From Raja brachyura (lineage: Eukaryota), in contig OY740809.1 of assembly GCA_963514005.1 (NCBI GenBank), forward strand, positions 14,942,001-15,006,000: a stretch of 64,000 bases of DNA. The letters run 5' to 3'. Made by a program: the position numbers and the translations under genes. The notes under the pieces were generated by a model, which saw only the letters and a list, made by a program, of their open reading frames with translations, searched no databases and was not told where the DNA came from. This document shows, piece by piece, positions 36,961 through 48,422 of the stretch; positions within the stretch are counted from its first letter, which is position 1, and each line of letters opens with the position of its first letter.

Positions 36961-38192
36961 TTCTGTGATAGGATAAAGTTTTTGTACTTCTCCGACCGCA
37001 CGTGGTGGTCTCCTTCTCCCAACATATGGGTGAACATTCGGCTGTGCTGGTTGGTAATACTTCTTTACCATATTCCTGCCTCGGCTTGTTCCAGCTCCAA
37101 AATCAAATCCCCTTCTCATTTGACCGGCCCTTCTTTGGCCAAAAATGAAGGGTTTCAAGAGGCTAATAGTCTTTGCCTCATCATCAATATCTTTAATTTG
37201 TTTAGACAGATTTTCTCCGAACAGATAACCAGGAGTTTGAATATTGCTTTTGATCTGCACAGACCTACAAATCTTGGATGTAAAATGGGCCGAATGGCAA
37301 TCTTCCTCATACAATTAATCTAAAAAAAATGAGTTGCAGAACAATGCCAACATATCCTGTTGAACTTTTGTCATTCCACAACCTTCCACTTGCTTCCCAA
37401 AAGCAGAGATGCCAGCCAAAATCAGTTTGAGGACTCTTTGAAATCGTATTTCCTGCGTCCGCATAATTGAAGACATGGGCGACCAAATAGTCGGATTCAC
37501 CGTAGGTACCTTCAGTGAGGCACAATTAACAGGTGGTTTATATAATTCTGCTGTTTCAACCATAACAGCTTCCTGAAGCTGGTGAGAGACCAAATAAATT
37601 AATGTTGGCCGCCAGGTTTTCTTCCATGGCCTCACCGCCTCCTTCAGGTATAGCAAAACATTGTGCCACATCAGGCACACCTGGAATAATATTTTTGTAT
37701 TGTGGTGGGTACTCATGACCAAAATCACCACCTTCAGGATCAGTCTCATGCTGCCCTGGTACTCCTGAGACTTGCTCAAAGGAGACTTCCTCCAGCCCAA
37801 TCCCAGGCTCTGGAGTTTCAAATTCCCAATTCGGTATGGCACCATATTCATGGGGCTGCCTGGGAATATTCTGGATTTTTAGACCCTTGGTTGAATAATG
37901 TCTGGAGCATTTTCTCCATTTGTTCCATTCTAAGCCATAAGGCTTTTCTATCTGGAGGACTTTCAGAATCACAGTCATCAGAAACCACGGGCCTCTCAGA
38001 TTTTCTTTTACATTTTTTAGTCACTGGAATTTCCTCCGTGGCTTCTGCTTGTGGAGCAACCAAAGGCTCACTAACGGGTATTTCAATGGCCACTGGTATC
38101 GGAACCGGCTCCGCACTAATCTGCTGTCCCAACTGTTTTTCTTCTCCCCGGGACGCACGTTTTACCCACGATTTTTTCGGACCTTTCTCCAT
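36960..38192 (-). pseudogene. DIRS gag-like ORF1 (frameshifted)
   Basis: Overlapping ORF pieces 38192-37848, 37978-37556, 37851-37315 and 37314 onward, upstream of pol; P.NC..L.VP.VNP.IW motif typical of DIRS ORF1. Confidence 0.65.
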
Positions 38193-38412
38193 TTAAATTT
38201 TTTAAACTCTTCCTGGCTTTACCCACCAGCCTCACGGAGTTTGAAATGCCCTGGAAGTAACATAATTTACTTAACTGCGCTGGTGGAGCTGCGCTCTGCA
38301 GCTCTTTCCCTACCGACAGCGTCGACGTAATGGCGATCAAGCGCCAGGTGGGGCTTCTTCACGTAGTCACTCACATGATTCTGAAGTAAAATTAAAACAG
38401 TGATTTGCAGTA

Positions 38413-38967
38413 CATTTGTCAGGAAATCCAGAAGTTGACCTTCCTAATTGGTTCTTTCTGTGTCTATTGATGTGTGTGCAATCCAACAAGACCCAGATAT
38501 GTTGGACTCAGGATTTATGCCAGAACTGCTCAAAGCTAAATCTGTAGACCCTCAAAATCCTTCCCAAAATTAAATTACTATAAATCTTATTATCATGCTG
38601 TTGTAATGCAATTTACCATATGGAGATTCTCTTCCTGTGATTCAGTGCAGAATTTCTTCCATGGCCTTGCTCATAATCTCCTGTACCATTATTTCATTGA
38701 CTCTAGAGTTCCATGCATCCTCTCTCCTTTGCTCCCACCATTGGTAACCTTGCCGTCACTACTTGGACCAAACAGTCCATTCATCTCACAACCTTTGCTG
38801 CTTCTTAAAATGCATCACTTGACCGTCTGAGAGCCTGAGCTGCAGGGAGAGGTTGGGCAGGCAGGCATTTTATTCCTTAGAGCGCAGGAAGATGAGGGGT
38901 AATCTTGTAGTGTATAATATCATGAGGGTAATAGATAGCGTAGGTGCACAGACTCTGTTGCCCAGAG
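38413..38967 (+). repeat. Locally duplicated segment (paralogues at 42933-43462 and, more diverged, 32490-32875)
   Basis: Shared gaagttgaccttcctaattggttctttct, gatttatgccagaact and ttcagtgcagaatttcttccatggccttgc; the 38.4 and 42.9 kb copies also share a downstream CR1 piece. Confidence 0.85.
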
Positions 38968-41900
38968 TACGGGAGTTAAGAACCAGGGAAAAGATTTAAG
39001 AACCGGAGGGGCACATTGTTCAAACTAAGGTTAGTGAGTATATAGAATGAGCTACAAGCTACCAGGTACCAGAGTAGGTAGTTGAGGCAGGTACTATACC
39101 AACATTTCAAATTCAATTCACAGCCCCTCAACCGACAATTAAGATCCATTTCTTTTATTTAGAAATTCTCATAACACTGACACTAGAACTTGGGTAAATT
39201 GTCAGTTTTTTTCTATGTTAAATCTTTTTCCTGAATGCCAAAGGTGACAGAAAGCAAAGAAAGTTGACAAATATTGTCATAGAGCCATACACTATGGAAA
39301 TAGGCCCTATGGCCCAACATGCCCATGCCAACCAAGATACCCATGTACACTGGTCCCACTAGACAGAGTTTGGTCCATATCCGTCTCAACCTTTCCAATT
39401 CATGTACCTGTCCTAAGTAGAAGCAAAAATGTTGAATCATTAATGCACCAATCTCGTTAAACTCAGATTAATTGTTTAATTAAGTAGCCAAAGGCAAGAC
39501 ACAAGTAATGTGCCAAATTTTAATTCCTGTTCTAAGCAAAATTTGCAAAGCAGTCAATACTTCTCTCATATAAATGGTAGGCAAAAAAACACAAATCATT
39601 TTCTAACTGAGCTTATTAACTTGCTAATTTTTGGTGCCACAGAGGTAGCTATTGAGAGCTGTAATTTTCTCTGCATTAAATTTGGTTTGCTGGTTAATGC
39701 CTTCACGATAGATTCCTATCTGTACTGACAAATGCTTCAACTAATGTGTTAAAAACAACATAACGAGGAAATTAGCCCCTTAAATGATTGCTTACTTCCT
39801 TGCCAATATTGTAGACATAGCTAACTTGCATCTAACACCTACAACACATAATTTTCTCTGGGATAACGACATCTATTTATAAATCATTTTGTACAGCAAA
39901 CAAAAATATATTGAAAAATATATCTTGGTTTGTCTGTGCTATCAGAGCTTTATACAGGTCCACTACCAATTCTTCCGGCACCCTTGCTTCCAGAACTTTT
40001 CTAGATTATTCATTTTGCCAGACCAATGGGGGAGTCAAATGGACCACCTCAGCCGCTGAGGGGCCAGGTACTGGGCCGCAAATTTGGCCTCAGAAGTTGG
40101 CTATGGAAATGCATCTGCCAGCTCTAACTAAGCTGGAGTTCCAGAGCCCTTGTCTATAGGGGGCAAATTGGACCTGCCGATCGGTGCGGAAGTCCCGATG
40201 AGGTCAAGATCAATTGCCTCACCCAACCTAGGCGTCACATTTTCGGGGGGACCTCCGGAGGGGAGATTTCAAATTCTCCCTCATAATTTTGTCCGAATTA
40301 AAGAAGGTACAGGCCTACCAGTTGCAGGAAAGTCGATGGTTAGTAAGCAGATTTATTTTGTCCACGGTGAGGAAGAATAGCACGTCTGTCACCACCAGTT
40401 ACTGCTCTCATTCTGTGGACAATGAAGTAACATTTCTCTCTTGAGCATGGAATATGACAAAAATAGTGATGTTCACATCTACATGACATGAATGTAGATG
40501 TGAACAAGCAGCAGCAAGCAGCAGGGTTGAGCATACCAGAAGTGTGCAAAGTACAGTCATTATACCGGGCAGTCCAAAAGACTGCCATTCTCCAGTCTAT
40601 CTCTTGAATTTAATTATATCATTTTATGGCCCAATGTTCCAGATTATGATTGTCAAACTCATTCTATATGGTAAGTCTGATGCTTGACATAATCTTGATT
40701 GAGAAAAAGTTATGAACATAGAAGTAAATGTAATTAAATAAGATATTGGATAATATTTATTAATTTTTCAAATATTGTTCTGTTATCTCAGTCTTTTTTA
40801 CAAATTAAACTATTTGAGTAATTTGATACCCGCCCCCTCTATCGATGCCCCATCTGCCCTATCTCCATTTTGGTTTATTTGGTTTGGATACTTTCTTTTA
40901 CATCTGCATTTTAATTATGAAATTGCTTAATTTTAGCAACTATCTCTTACATTTATTTTTCCCTTGTATTAAATCAACTGTATCATTCTACAAAAGAATT
41001 GTTGTAGAATTGACTGTATCTACCCTTCTTATGTGTTCTTCACTTTGCAGAAGAAACATATTTTGAAGTGTTTACAATTCTTATTGAGACTCAGAAATAT
41101 GGGTTCTTTTTTTGTCAGTTCTTTTCCATGTTTTACATTTTATTCAATATATTCTTCTTTTATTGTTTCTTGTGCACTGATCACTCTATTTTTTGCTAAT
41201 TACAATTTTATTTTGCAAGCTGATTTTAATGTTTAAAAACACTTCTTCTGTATCGGTACCGTGGTGTCAAAAGTTTGAGATTTCGAATGAAAATTCAGTC
41301 TCATGTATTTTACAATCTGTGAAACAAAAGGACTAATTGGGCACAATTTATTTTCTTCCAACTCTCATTTATTGATGTGTGCAGTTGAAGTGGCTTACAA
41401 AAAAATCATGATGGGTATCATTTTCTATCCCCCTGTAATGGACACTTAAGATGCACTGAAATGTATTTATGGGTCTGGTTTGTAGCATTCATTTGTGAAC
41501 AATAGCTTATATTGTTCAGTGAAGTCAACAAATGCAATTTTGAAAGTGCATCACACGTCCACGAGTTATTGTGGTAATCTGGTTCATGTCAATTAGTCTT
41601 AATCAAAACTATAACTTTTGCAAACAAATTGTTGCTGGAACTTTTGCATACTATCGCCATTACATTCAGAATAAATATGTGTGTTGAATGAAATGATAAG
41701 TATACTTCTGAGATGCTTTAATTCTAAAATACTTTGGAACATTCCAGGATGGTAAACATATGGGTCATAAGTACGTCTTTTATATATTTTTCTTCTTGAT
41801 TCCCTTACTTCATATGCTGTGTTCTTCCATTCCTGGAATGTGAACCAAATGTATTCTGCCTCTTGGAATCAACCAAGTAAATCAATTCTCAGAGGTTAGG

Positions 41901-42019
41901 GGGAGAAGGCAGGAGAATGGGGTTAGGAGGGAGAGATAAATCAGCCATGATTGAATGGCGGAGTAGACTTGATGGACCGAATGGCCTATTTCTTCTCCTA
42001 TTCCTCATGACTTTATGAC

Positions 42020-42600
42020 CTTATGATTCTGGACTGCCACCACTGCCAATATATCAGTTCTTAAATAAAGAGGCACAAATTGTAAATGCTGCCTCAGCAT
42101 CTCACCTGCAAACTTGATATAGTATGTCTTTTTTTTGTTTAACTCCAATTCTCTCACAGTAAAGATCAATATGCCATTTGCTTTCCTAATCATTTGGTCC
42201 ACTGACTTGCCATCTATGTGTGCTTTAAGCACAAAAGCGCCTCTGTTCATTCATTTAAAATCTTCCTCTATTTGTGCTAAGGCCTGATTTTTCATTCTTC
42301 CTTCTGAAGTGCATGATCTTACGCTCTTCTGCATTAAGCTCCATTTGGCAAGTTTTAACTTATGCACTCAAGCTATTATTGCGCAGTTCAAATAACCTCA
42401 TTATAGCAGACCCGCTTGCCTATTTTTGTCCCATCAGCAAATTAGATACCAACTCTGCACCCCCTGCTTAAGTCATTAATGAAAATAGTAAATAATTGAA
42501 GACTGGGATCTGATCTTTGGAGTATTGACTTGACTGTTAGTTACATCCTTCTTGCCTGGAAAAAGACCTATTTAATCTGATTTTCTGCCTTCAATGTAAT
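42020..42600 (-). mobile_element. Degraded CR1 RT fragment (adjacent CR1 tail + at 41890-42015)
   Basis: IRKANGILIF..RELE..LRQHLQFVPLYLRTDIL. Confidence 0.6.
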
Positions 42601-42808
42601 AACAATTATGTATGCATGATATGTTATAGGTCATGATATAAGCAATTGCAGAATTAGCATTTTGGGACATTTATAACTTCGAGAATGCTTTGTTGTCAAA
42701 ATTTACTTGATAATTAGATTGTTCCTCAGCTGTTGCCCCCAGCTCTTTTTTATTGAAAGAAAACTATAGTTTTGCTACAAAGCAAACCCATTAATATTTT
42801 GATGAAAG

Positions 42809-43501
42809 TAAAAATAAAACTGTGGATGTTGGAAATATAAAATGAAACAAGAATACTAGAAATACTTGATAGATCGGGCTGCATCTGTGGCAAGAGTAAC
42901 AGCGTTAACATTTTACATTGAAGACGCATCAAATTTGTCAGGGAGTCCAGAAGTTGACCTTCCTAATTGGTTCTTTCTCTGTCTATTGCTGATGTGGGTG
43001 CAATCCAATAAGACTCAGATACTGCTGGACACAAGATTTATGCCAGAACTACTCAAAACTAAACTTCTAGGCCCTGGAAATCTTTCGCAAAATTACATGA
43101 CCAGAAATCTTATTATTGCATGAAGTGCAATTTGCCATATGGAAATTATTTTCCTGTAATTCAGTGCAGAATTTCTTCCATGGCCTTGCCTTCCCCTATT
43201 CTTTCAGCCTCAAAACCTCCTGCTTCATTGTTTCATTTCAGTTCCATGCATCTTCTCTCCTTTGCTCCCACCATTGGTAACCATGCCTTCACTACATGGA
43301 ACCAATAGTCCATTCACCTCATACCTCTGCTGCTTCTTAAAATGCATTACTCGACTGCTTGAGAAGACTTCATTCCTTGGAGCGCAGGAGGATGAGGGGT
43401 GATCTTGTCCCTGTATAAGATCATGAGGCGAATAGATAGGGTAGATGCAGTTTTGCCCAGAGCCTGATCTGCTGAGTATTACCAGCATTTTCAATTCTTA
43501 T
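42809..43501. mobile_element. Old Penelope-type palindromic insertion enclosing a copy of 38413-38967
   Basis: Terminal-repeat arm 42815-42930, inverted arm 43463-43492, degenerate TSD ttaatattttgatgaaag / ttaacattttgataaag. Confidence 0.55.
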
Positions 43502-43829
43502 TTAACATTTTGATAAAGATTTGTAATTATTTTTTATCCTGCAAATATAGAAATATTTCCTCACCAAGATGTTAGATTAGATTTTGGAATACATTTCAGC
43601 CCTTTCTCTGTTTTAGCAGCTTGACCATTATGGATTGCTGGTCTACGCGTCAATCTACCTTTGGATTGCTTGTGTATTGCTGAACATCACATCTGTTTTT
43701 ACATTGATAGCATGCTTACCACTACAATACCTCATTACGCCACTGACATTTGTTAAGCATTGACATGTGTAGTTAGAGATTGCTTATGATCAGCCGTAAT
43801 TGTGGCAAACCATAAGAGTGATAAAGACA

Positions 43830-44118
43830 TGCTGGCGAGGTGGTAGAGTGTTGCCAACTTATAAAGACCCGGGGTCGATCCTAATTAGCGGTGCTGTTAG
43901 TATGGATTTTTTATGCTCTGGCTGTAACCTGCATAGGTTTTCTCCTGGAGCTCCAGTTTACTCCCACACTCCAAAAACATACTGGTTGTAGGTGAATTGG
44001 CTTGGTAAAATGGTAAATTGTTCCTAGTGAGTGTAGGATAATGTTAGTGTGTGGGGATTGCTGGTCTGCGTGTACTCAGTGGGCTGAAGGGCCTGTTTCC
44101 ATGTTTTACCTCTAAACA
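43830..44118 (+). mobile_element. V-SINE
   Basis: ggtagagtgttgcc...ggggtcgatcct B-box through ctaaa tail. Confidence 0.7.
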
Positions 44119-44689
44119 AAATTAAACACAGTGTTGGAGTAACTCAGTGGGTCAAGCATGGAGAAAATAGATAGGTGACATTTCAGGTCAGTGCCCTTCT
44201 TCAGACTGACTGTAGTAGGGGGGGAAGAAAGCTGAGAGAACGTCTGGAGTGTGATAGGTGGATACAGGTGAGATGGGGTTGACAAAGGGCAGAGATGAAA
44301 AGACAAAAAGAAAAGGGGCAAGAAATGCAAAGCTAAAGGAAGGATTATGGATGGAAGTGGAAAGGGGGAGGGGGGGGGGAGGTTGGAGGGAGAAATGGTG
44401 CCTATCCAAATGGGACACATGGAAGAAAGGGGTGTTAAGGGGGGAGGGAGGAGTTTGTGGGTAGTTCCACTAAAATTGGAGAATTAAATGTTCATCCAAT
44501 TGTAAGGCACATAAGTGGAAGATAAAGTGCTGTTCCTCCAGCTTGCTCATTCTGGCTATGGAAGAGGCCCAGGTCTGAAATTGATTTTAAATGATTAGCA
44601 CAAAGGATATGCAGCAACCTTGGCTACCTGCGCACGTGTTCGGTGAAATGGACGTCTTATTTATGATCGGGCATGCCGATGTAAAGAAG

Positions 44690-45800
44690 TGTTAAAGAAG
44701 GAACTGCAGAGGCTGGCGAATCGAGGGTTACACAAAAAGCTGGAGAAACTCAGCGGGTGCAGCAGCATCTAAGGAGCGAAGGAGATAGGCGATGTTTCGG
44801 GTCGAGACCCTTCTTCAGACTGGTCAGGGAGCACGGAAACGAGAGATATAGACAGTGATGTGGAGAGATAAAGAACAATGAATGAAAGATATGCAAAAAA
44901 GTATTGAAGATAAAGGAAACAGGCCATTGTAAGCTGTTTGTAGTGTGAAAATGAGAAGCTAGTGCGACTTGGGTGGGGGGGGGGGGGAAGATGGAGAAGG
45001 AATGTCAGGGCCCGAGGGCTGAGGGAGAGGTGGGGAGGGGGAGGAGGTAGTCTGGGTTAACAGAATTGAGAAAATTCAATGTTTAAGCCCAGAGGATGCA
45101 GACTCCCCAAGCGGAATATGAGGTGCTGTTCCTCCAACTTGCGGTGTTGCTCACTCTGGCCGTGGAGGAGGCCCAGGACCAAGAGGTCGGATACGGAATG
45201 GGAGGGGAAGTTGAAGTGCTGAGCCACCGGGAGGTCGGGTTGGTTATTGCGGACCGAGCGGAGGTGTTCGGCGAAATGATCGCCCAGCCTCCGCTTGGTC
45301 TCACCGATGTAGATCAGCTGGCATCTGGAGCAACGGATGCAGTAGATGAGGTTGGAGGAGGTGCAGGTGAACCTCTGTCGGACTTGGAATGACTGCTTGG
45401 GTCCCTGAAAGGAGTGGATGGGGGAGGTGAAGGGACAAGTGTAGCATCTCTTGCGGTTGCAAGGGAAAGTGCCCGGGGGAGGGGTGGAGCGGGAGGGAAG
45501 GGAAGAATTGACAAGGGATTTGCGGAGGGAGCGGTCTTTGCAGAAGGCAGACAGGGGGGGAGATGGGAAGATGTGGCGAGTGGAGGGGTCATGCTGGAGG
45601 TGGCGAAACTTGCGGAGGACTATCTGTTGTATGCGCTGGCTGGTGGGGTGAAAGGTGAGGACCAGGGGGACTCGGCCCTTGTTGTGAGTGGGGGAATGGG
45701 AAGAGAGGGCAGTGTTGTGGGGTATGGAGGAGACCCTGGTGCGAGCCTCATCTATAGTGGGGGAGGGGAAACCCCGTTCTCTGAAGAACGAGGACATTTG
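44690..45800 (-). mobile_element. Young 5'-truncated Penelope-like element with hammerhead-bearing terminal repeat
   Basis: Open ORF remnant 45057-45797, then 3' UTR and terminal repeat with ctgaagaagggtctcgacccgaaacatc (44791-44818). Confidence 0.9.
45057..45797 (-). CDS. Penelope ORF C-terminus: RT thumb/linker, Cys motif and GIY-YIG endonuclease (partial)
   Basis: FRERGFP, VPLVLTFHP, CNRKRCYTC, FTCTSSNLIYCIRCSRCQLIYIGETKRRL...H, VAQHFN, EQHLIFRLGSLHPLGLN. Confidence 0.85.
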   Translation of the reverse strand: MSSFFRERGFPSPTIDEARTRVSSIPHNTALSSHSPTHNKGRVPLVLTFHPTSQRIQQIVLRKFRHLQHDPSTRHIFPSPPLSAFCKDRSLRKSLVNSSLPSRSTPPPGTFPCNRKRCYTCPFTSPIHSFQGPKQSFQVRQRFTCTSSNLIYCIRCSRCQLIYIGETKRRLGDHFAEHLRSVRNNQPDLPVAQHFNFPSHSVSDLLVLGLLHGQSEQHRKLEEQHLIFRLGSLHPLGLNIEFSQFC

Positions 45801-46379
45801 TGATGACTGCCTCAGGCCATGTTGGGAGTGCTAAATGGCATAGATGAGGTTTGGAGAAGATGCACGTGAACTCCTGTCTCACTTGGAAGGACTGTTGGAG
45901 TCCCTGAATGCATGTGAAGGCAAAGGTATAGGGACAAGTGTTTCATCTTCTATGGTTGTAGAATAAAGTACTTGGGGAGGGGTTGGTTTTGGTGTGATGA
46001 GTGAACCAATAAATTGTGGAGGGAGTGGCCTCTGTGGAAAGGAGCGGAGATGGGAAGATTTGAATTGTGATGAGATCACATTAAAGGTGGCAGAAATGTT
46101 GGTGAATGATGTGTTGGATGCTGGATGGAGGGGTGAAAGGTAAGGACCAGGCAAAAACTCTTGTTCCATCTAGAATGAGGGCGAGCGGGAAAGGAACTAC
46201 AATACACAGAAGCACCATGGGTGAGGGATCCATTTATGACAGAAGGAGAGAAACCACATTTACTAAAGGAAGAGGACACCTTGGATGGCCTAGAATGTAA
46301 AGCCTCATCTTGCGACAAATTGTGAGCCAGGAATGGTACCTTTGCAAGATGCAGAGTGGGACGAGGTGTTATCCTTCCG

Positions 46380-46997
46380 TGACCATTTTTACATTGACAA
46401 TACCAAGAATAGACTATGCAACCATATCACCAAACACATGTTCAGTCTGCCAAGGCGTCCTGGTTGATAACCATTTTCCGACTGACCTTTCTCATCCATT
46501 GCCAGACTGAGGACTGGTCAAACTGGAGGAACAGCACCTCATATTCCATTTGGGTAACTTACAACCTGAACGTTGAATTCTCCAATTGTGTGTAAATAGC
46601 ATACAATCAAACTCCCCCCACCCTCCCTTATCCCCCCCCCTTTCCTGCGCCCACCTGGATATGCACCCATTTCTCACTTTCCCCTGTCCCCTTTCATCTA
46701 CATTCCCTTCTGTGGCTTCGCATTTTACAACTCTTCTATCCTTATCTTTTTTTCTCTCACTTTTTGTTTTTTCATCTCTGGCCTTTCTCCAACCATGTGC
46801 CAATCAATTCTCCCCTCACCTATTACTGGCCAGCGTTAGTTCCCACCTCTCTTCAAGCTTTCTTCCCCTCCTACAACAATCAGTCTGAAGGATCCCAATC
46901 TGAAATGTTGCCTATCCATGTTGCCAAGAGATGCTGCCCGACTCGCTCCAGGACTTTATGTCTTTTATGGTAAACCAGCATCTGCAGTTCCTTGTGC
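46380..46997 (+). mobile_element. Penelope 3' fragment in opposite orientation
   Basis: KLEEQHLIFHLGNLQPER-like remnant plus terminal repeat ending accagcatctgcagttcctt. Confidence 0.7.
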
Positions 46998-48422
46998 TTG
47001 CATAAGAGTATTGAAACTACTCACAATTTTCTATTTTATTCATAATGAGCAGATTTTGTACACAAGGTCCTAGAACAAAATTGTAGAGAATTACAGAAAT
47101 GTAACTTATATTTTTGCATGTTTGCCATTTACATTCACTTCTCAAATGGGGGATCTGGTTTAATCAAACAACCCATCCTTTCCCTTAGAACCCAATTAGT
47201 CGACTTCAGATGTTTTGTTGTAAGGCCTCCATCGAGATCTGCTTCCGCAACCCTCTCAGGTAGTTGGTGCCATTTCTCATCAAACATTTGTGAGCAGGAC
47301 AAATCTGTTTATGTTATCTCCACTTGTCAGTGGAAACAGCTTCTCTGCATTTGTTTTCTCCGTAGAGCCTCAAGAATTTTGTAAGCTTTTGCTGTTGAGT
47401 CCAAGAGGACATTTTGAGCTTCGTGAGCAATCTCAGCTATTGGAAATCAGAATGAGTAGTCAGTGGTTCTTGCAACTTAAATTATTTCAGCTGGTGATGA
47501 TTTTTGTTTCCTATTAAGTAAAAATAATAACAAAATCTGTTCCACCCACAAGGTTCACAAATTTCCAAGAAGATCGTTTTTTAAATTAAGTGGATGGATG
47601 TGCTTTTCTAAACAAAAGGAACAAGAAGTCACCAACATGCAATAAAAGTAATAATGCAAAATAGATTTTATAATTCTACTATCCCACAAATTAGTGAGGA
47701 AATGGAAGAAGAGAGTCACTGAACATTTTACACATTCTTCTAAGAGCAGGTCATAAACAAATCAAGGCAATATTCATTTTGTTTCTGAATTATACATTAT
47801 CCTTGAATGTATGGATATAAACTGAGGTCAAACACATTGGAGATGCTCAGATTACTGGTTTGGAATTGAAAGAAAAATATTTAGCAATTGCCTAGTGTTC
47901 TTCAGATCATCTGAAACAAATGCAAATACCTAAGAACCTAAAATGAATATCTGTCTTTTTCTCCATATTTATTGTTTCTGCATGCATATATTAGAAATGC
48001 TGATGACAAATGACAGATGGTTCAAGAAAAAATAGATTTAAGGGAAAGACTTTAATCTGTGAAATACAAATCAGGTTATTTGTTGTGCTAATCACTTTAT
48101 TCAAATAAGCCTACACTTTTGTTACTGACACATTTCATATAATAAGAATAATAATACGACTAATAATATTCATTAGCATTAAGGAGCAGATTGAACGGCA
48201 ATTAAAACAAAAATAGAAATTTATTAGCTTCTATCCAGCTTGTTTTAGATGTTCTGAAAGTTTCAATACAGTATGCTTTGAATTCAAATAAATGGTCTGC
48301 GGTGCAAATAATTTTTATATGACACATGATTTCATAAGGCAAATTGGAGAGAATGTAATTGATGCATTAGGGAACATAATGGATATTCCTGCTTGCAGCT
48401 AAGACGGAAACTTTAAAGGAGA

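Larger units (their letters stand above)
34788..38391 (-). mobile_element. DIRS1-type retrotransposon lacking the tyrosine recombinase
   Basis: ITR 34860-34910 vs 38315-38365. The ICR (35016-35126) is complementary to both termini (35016-35090 to 34788-34862; 35090-35126 to 38356-38391). Fragmented gag, RT, RNase H and MT ORFs. Confidence 0.92.
44125..46370 (-). mobile_element. Older Penelope element split by a younger Penelope (44690-45800)
   Basis: 44125-44690 holds the terminal repeat and GIY-YIG C-terminus; 45825-46320 gives SQDEALHSR..SSFSKCGF..LVLTFHP, collinear with the young copy. Confidence 0.7.

Noticed and set aside
39950-40345. Possible Tc1/mariner-type MITE starting TA-CAGG
   Set aside because: I could not find a matching right TIR or TSD.
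45096-45803. Plus-strand ORFs of 98 and 129 aa
   Set aside because: Antisense shadows of the Penelope ORF.
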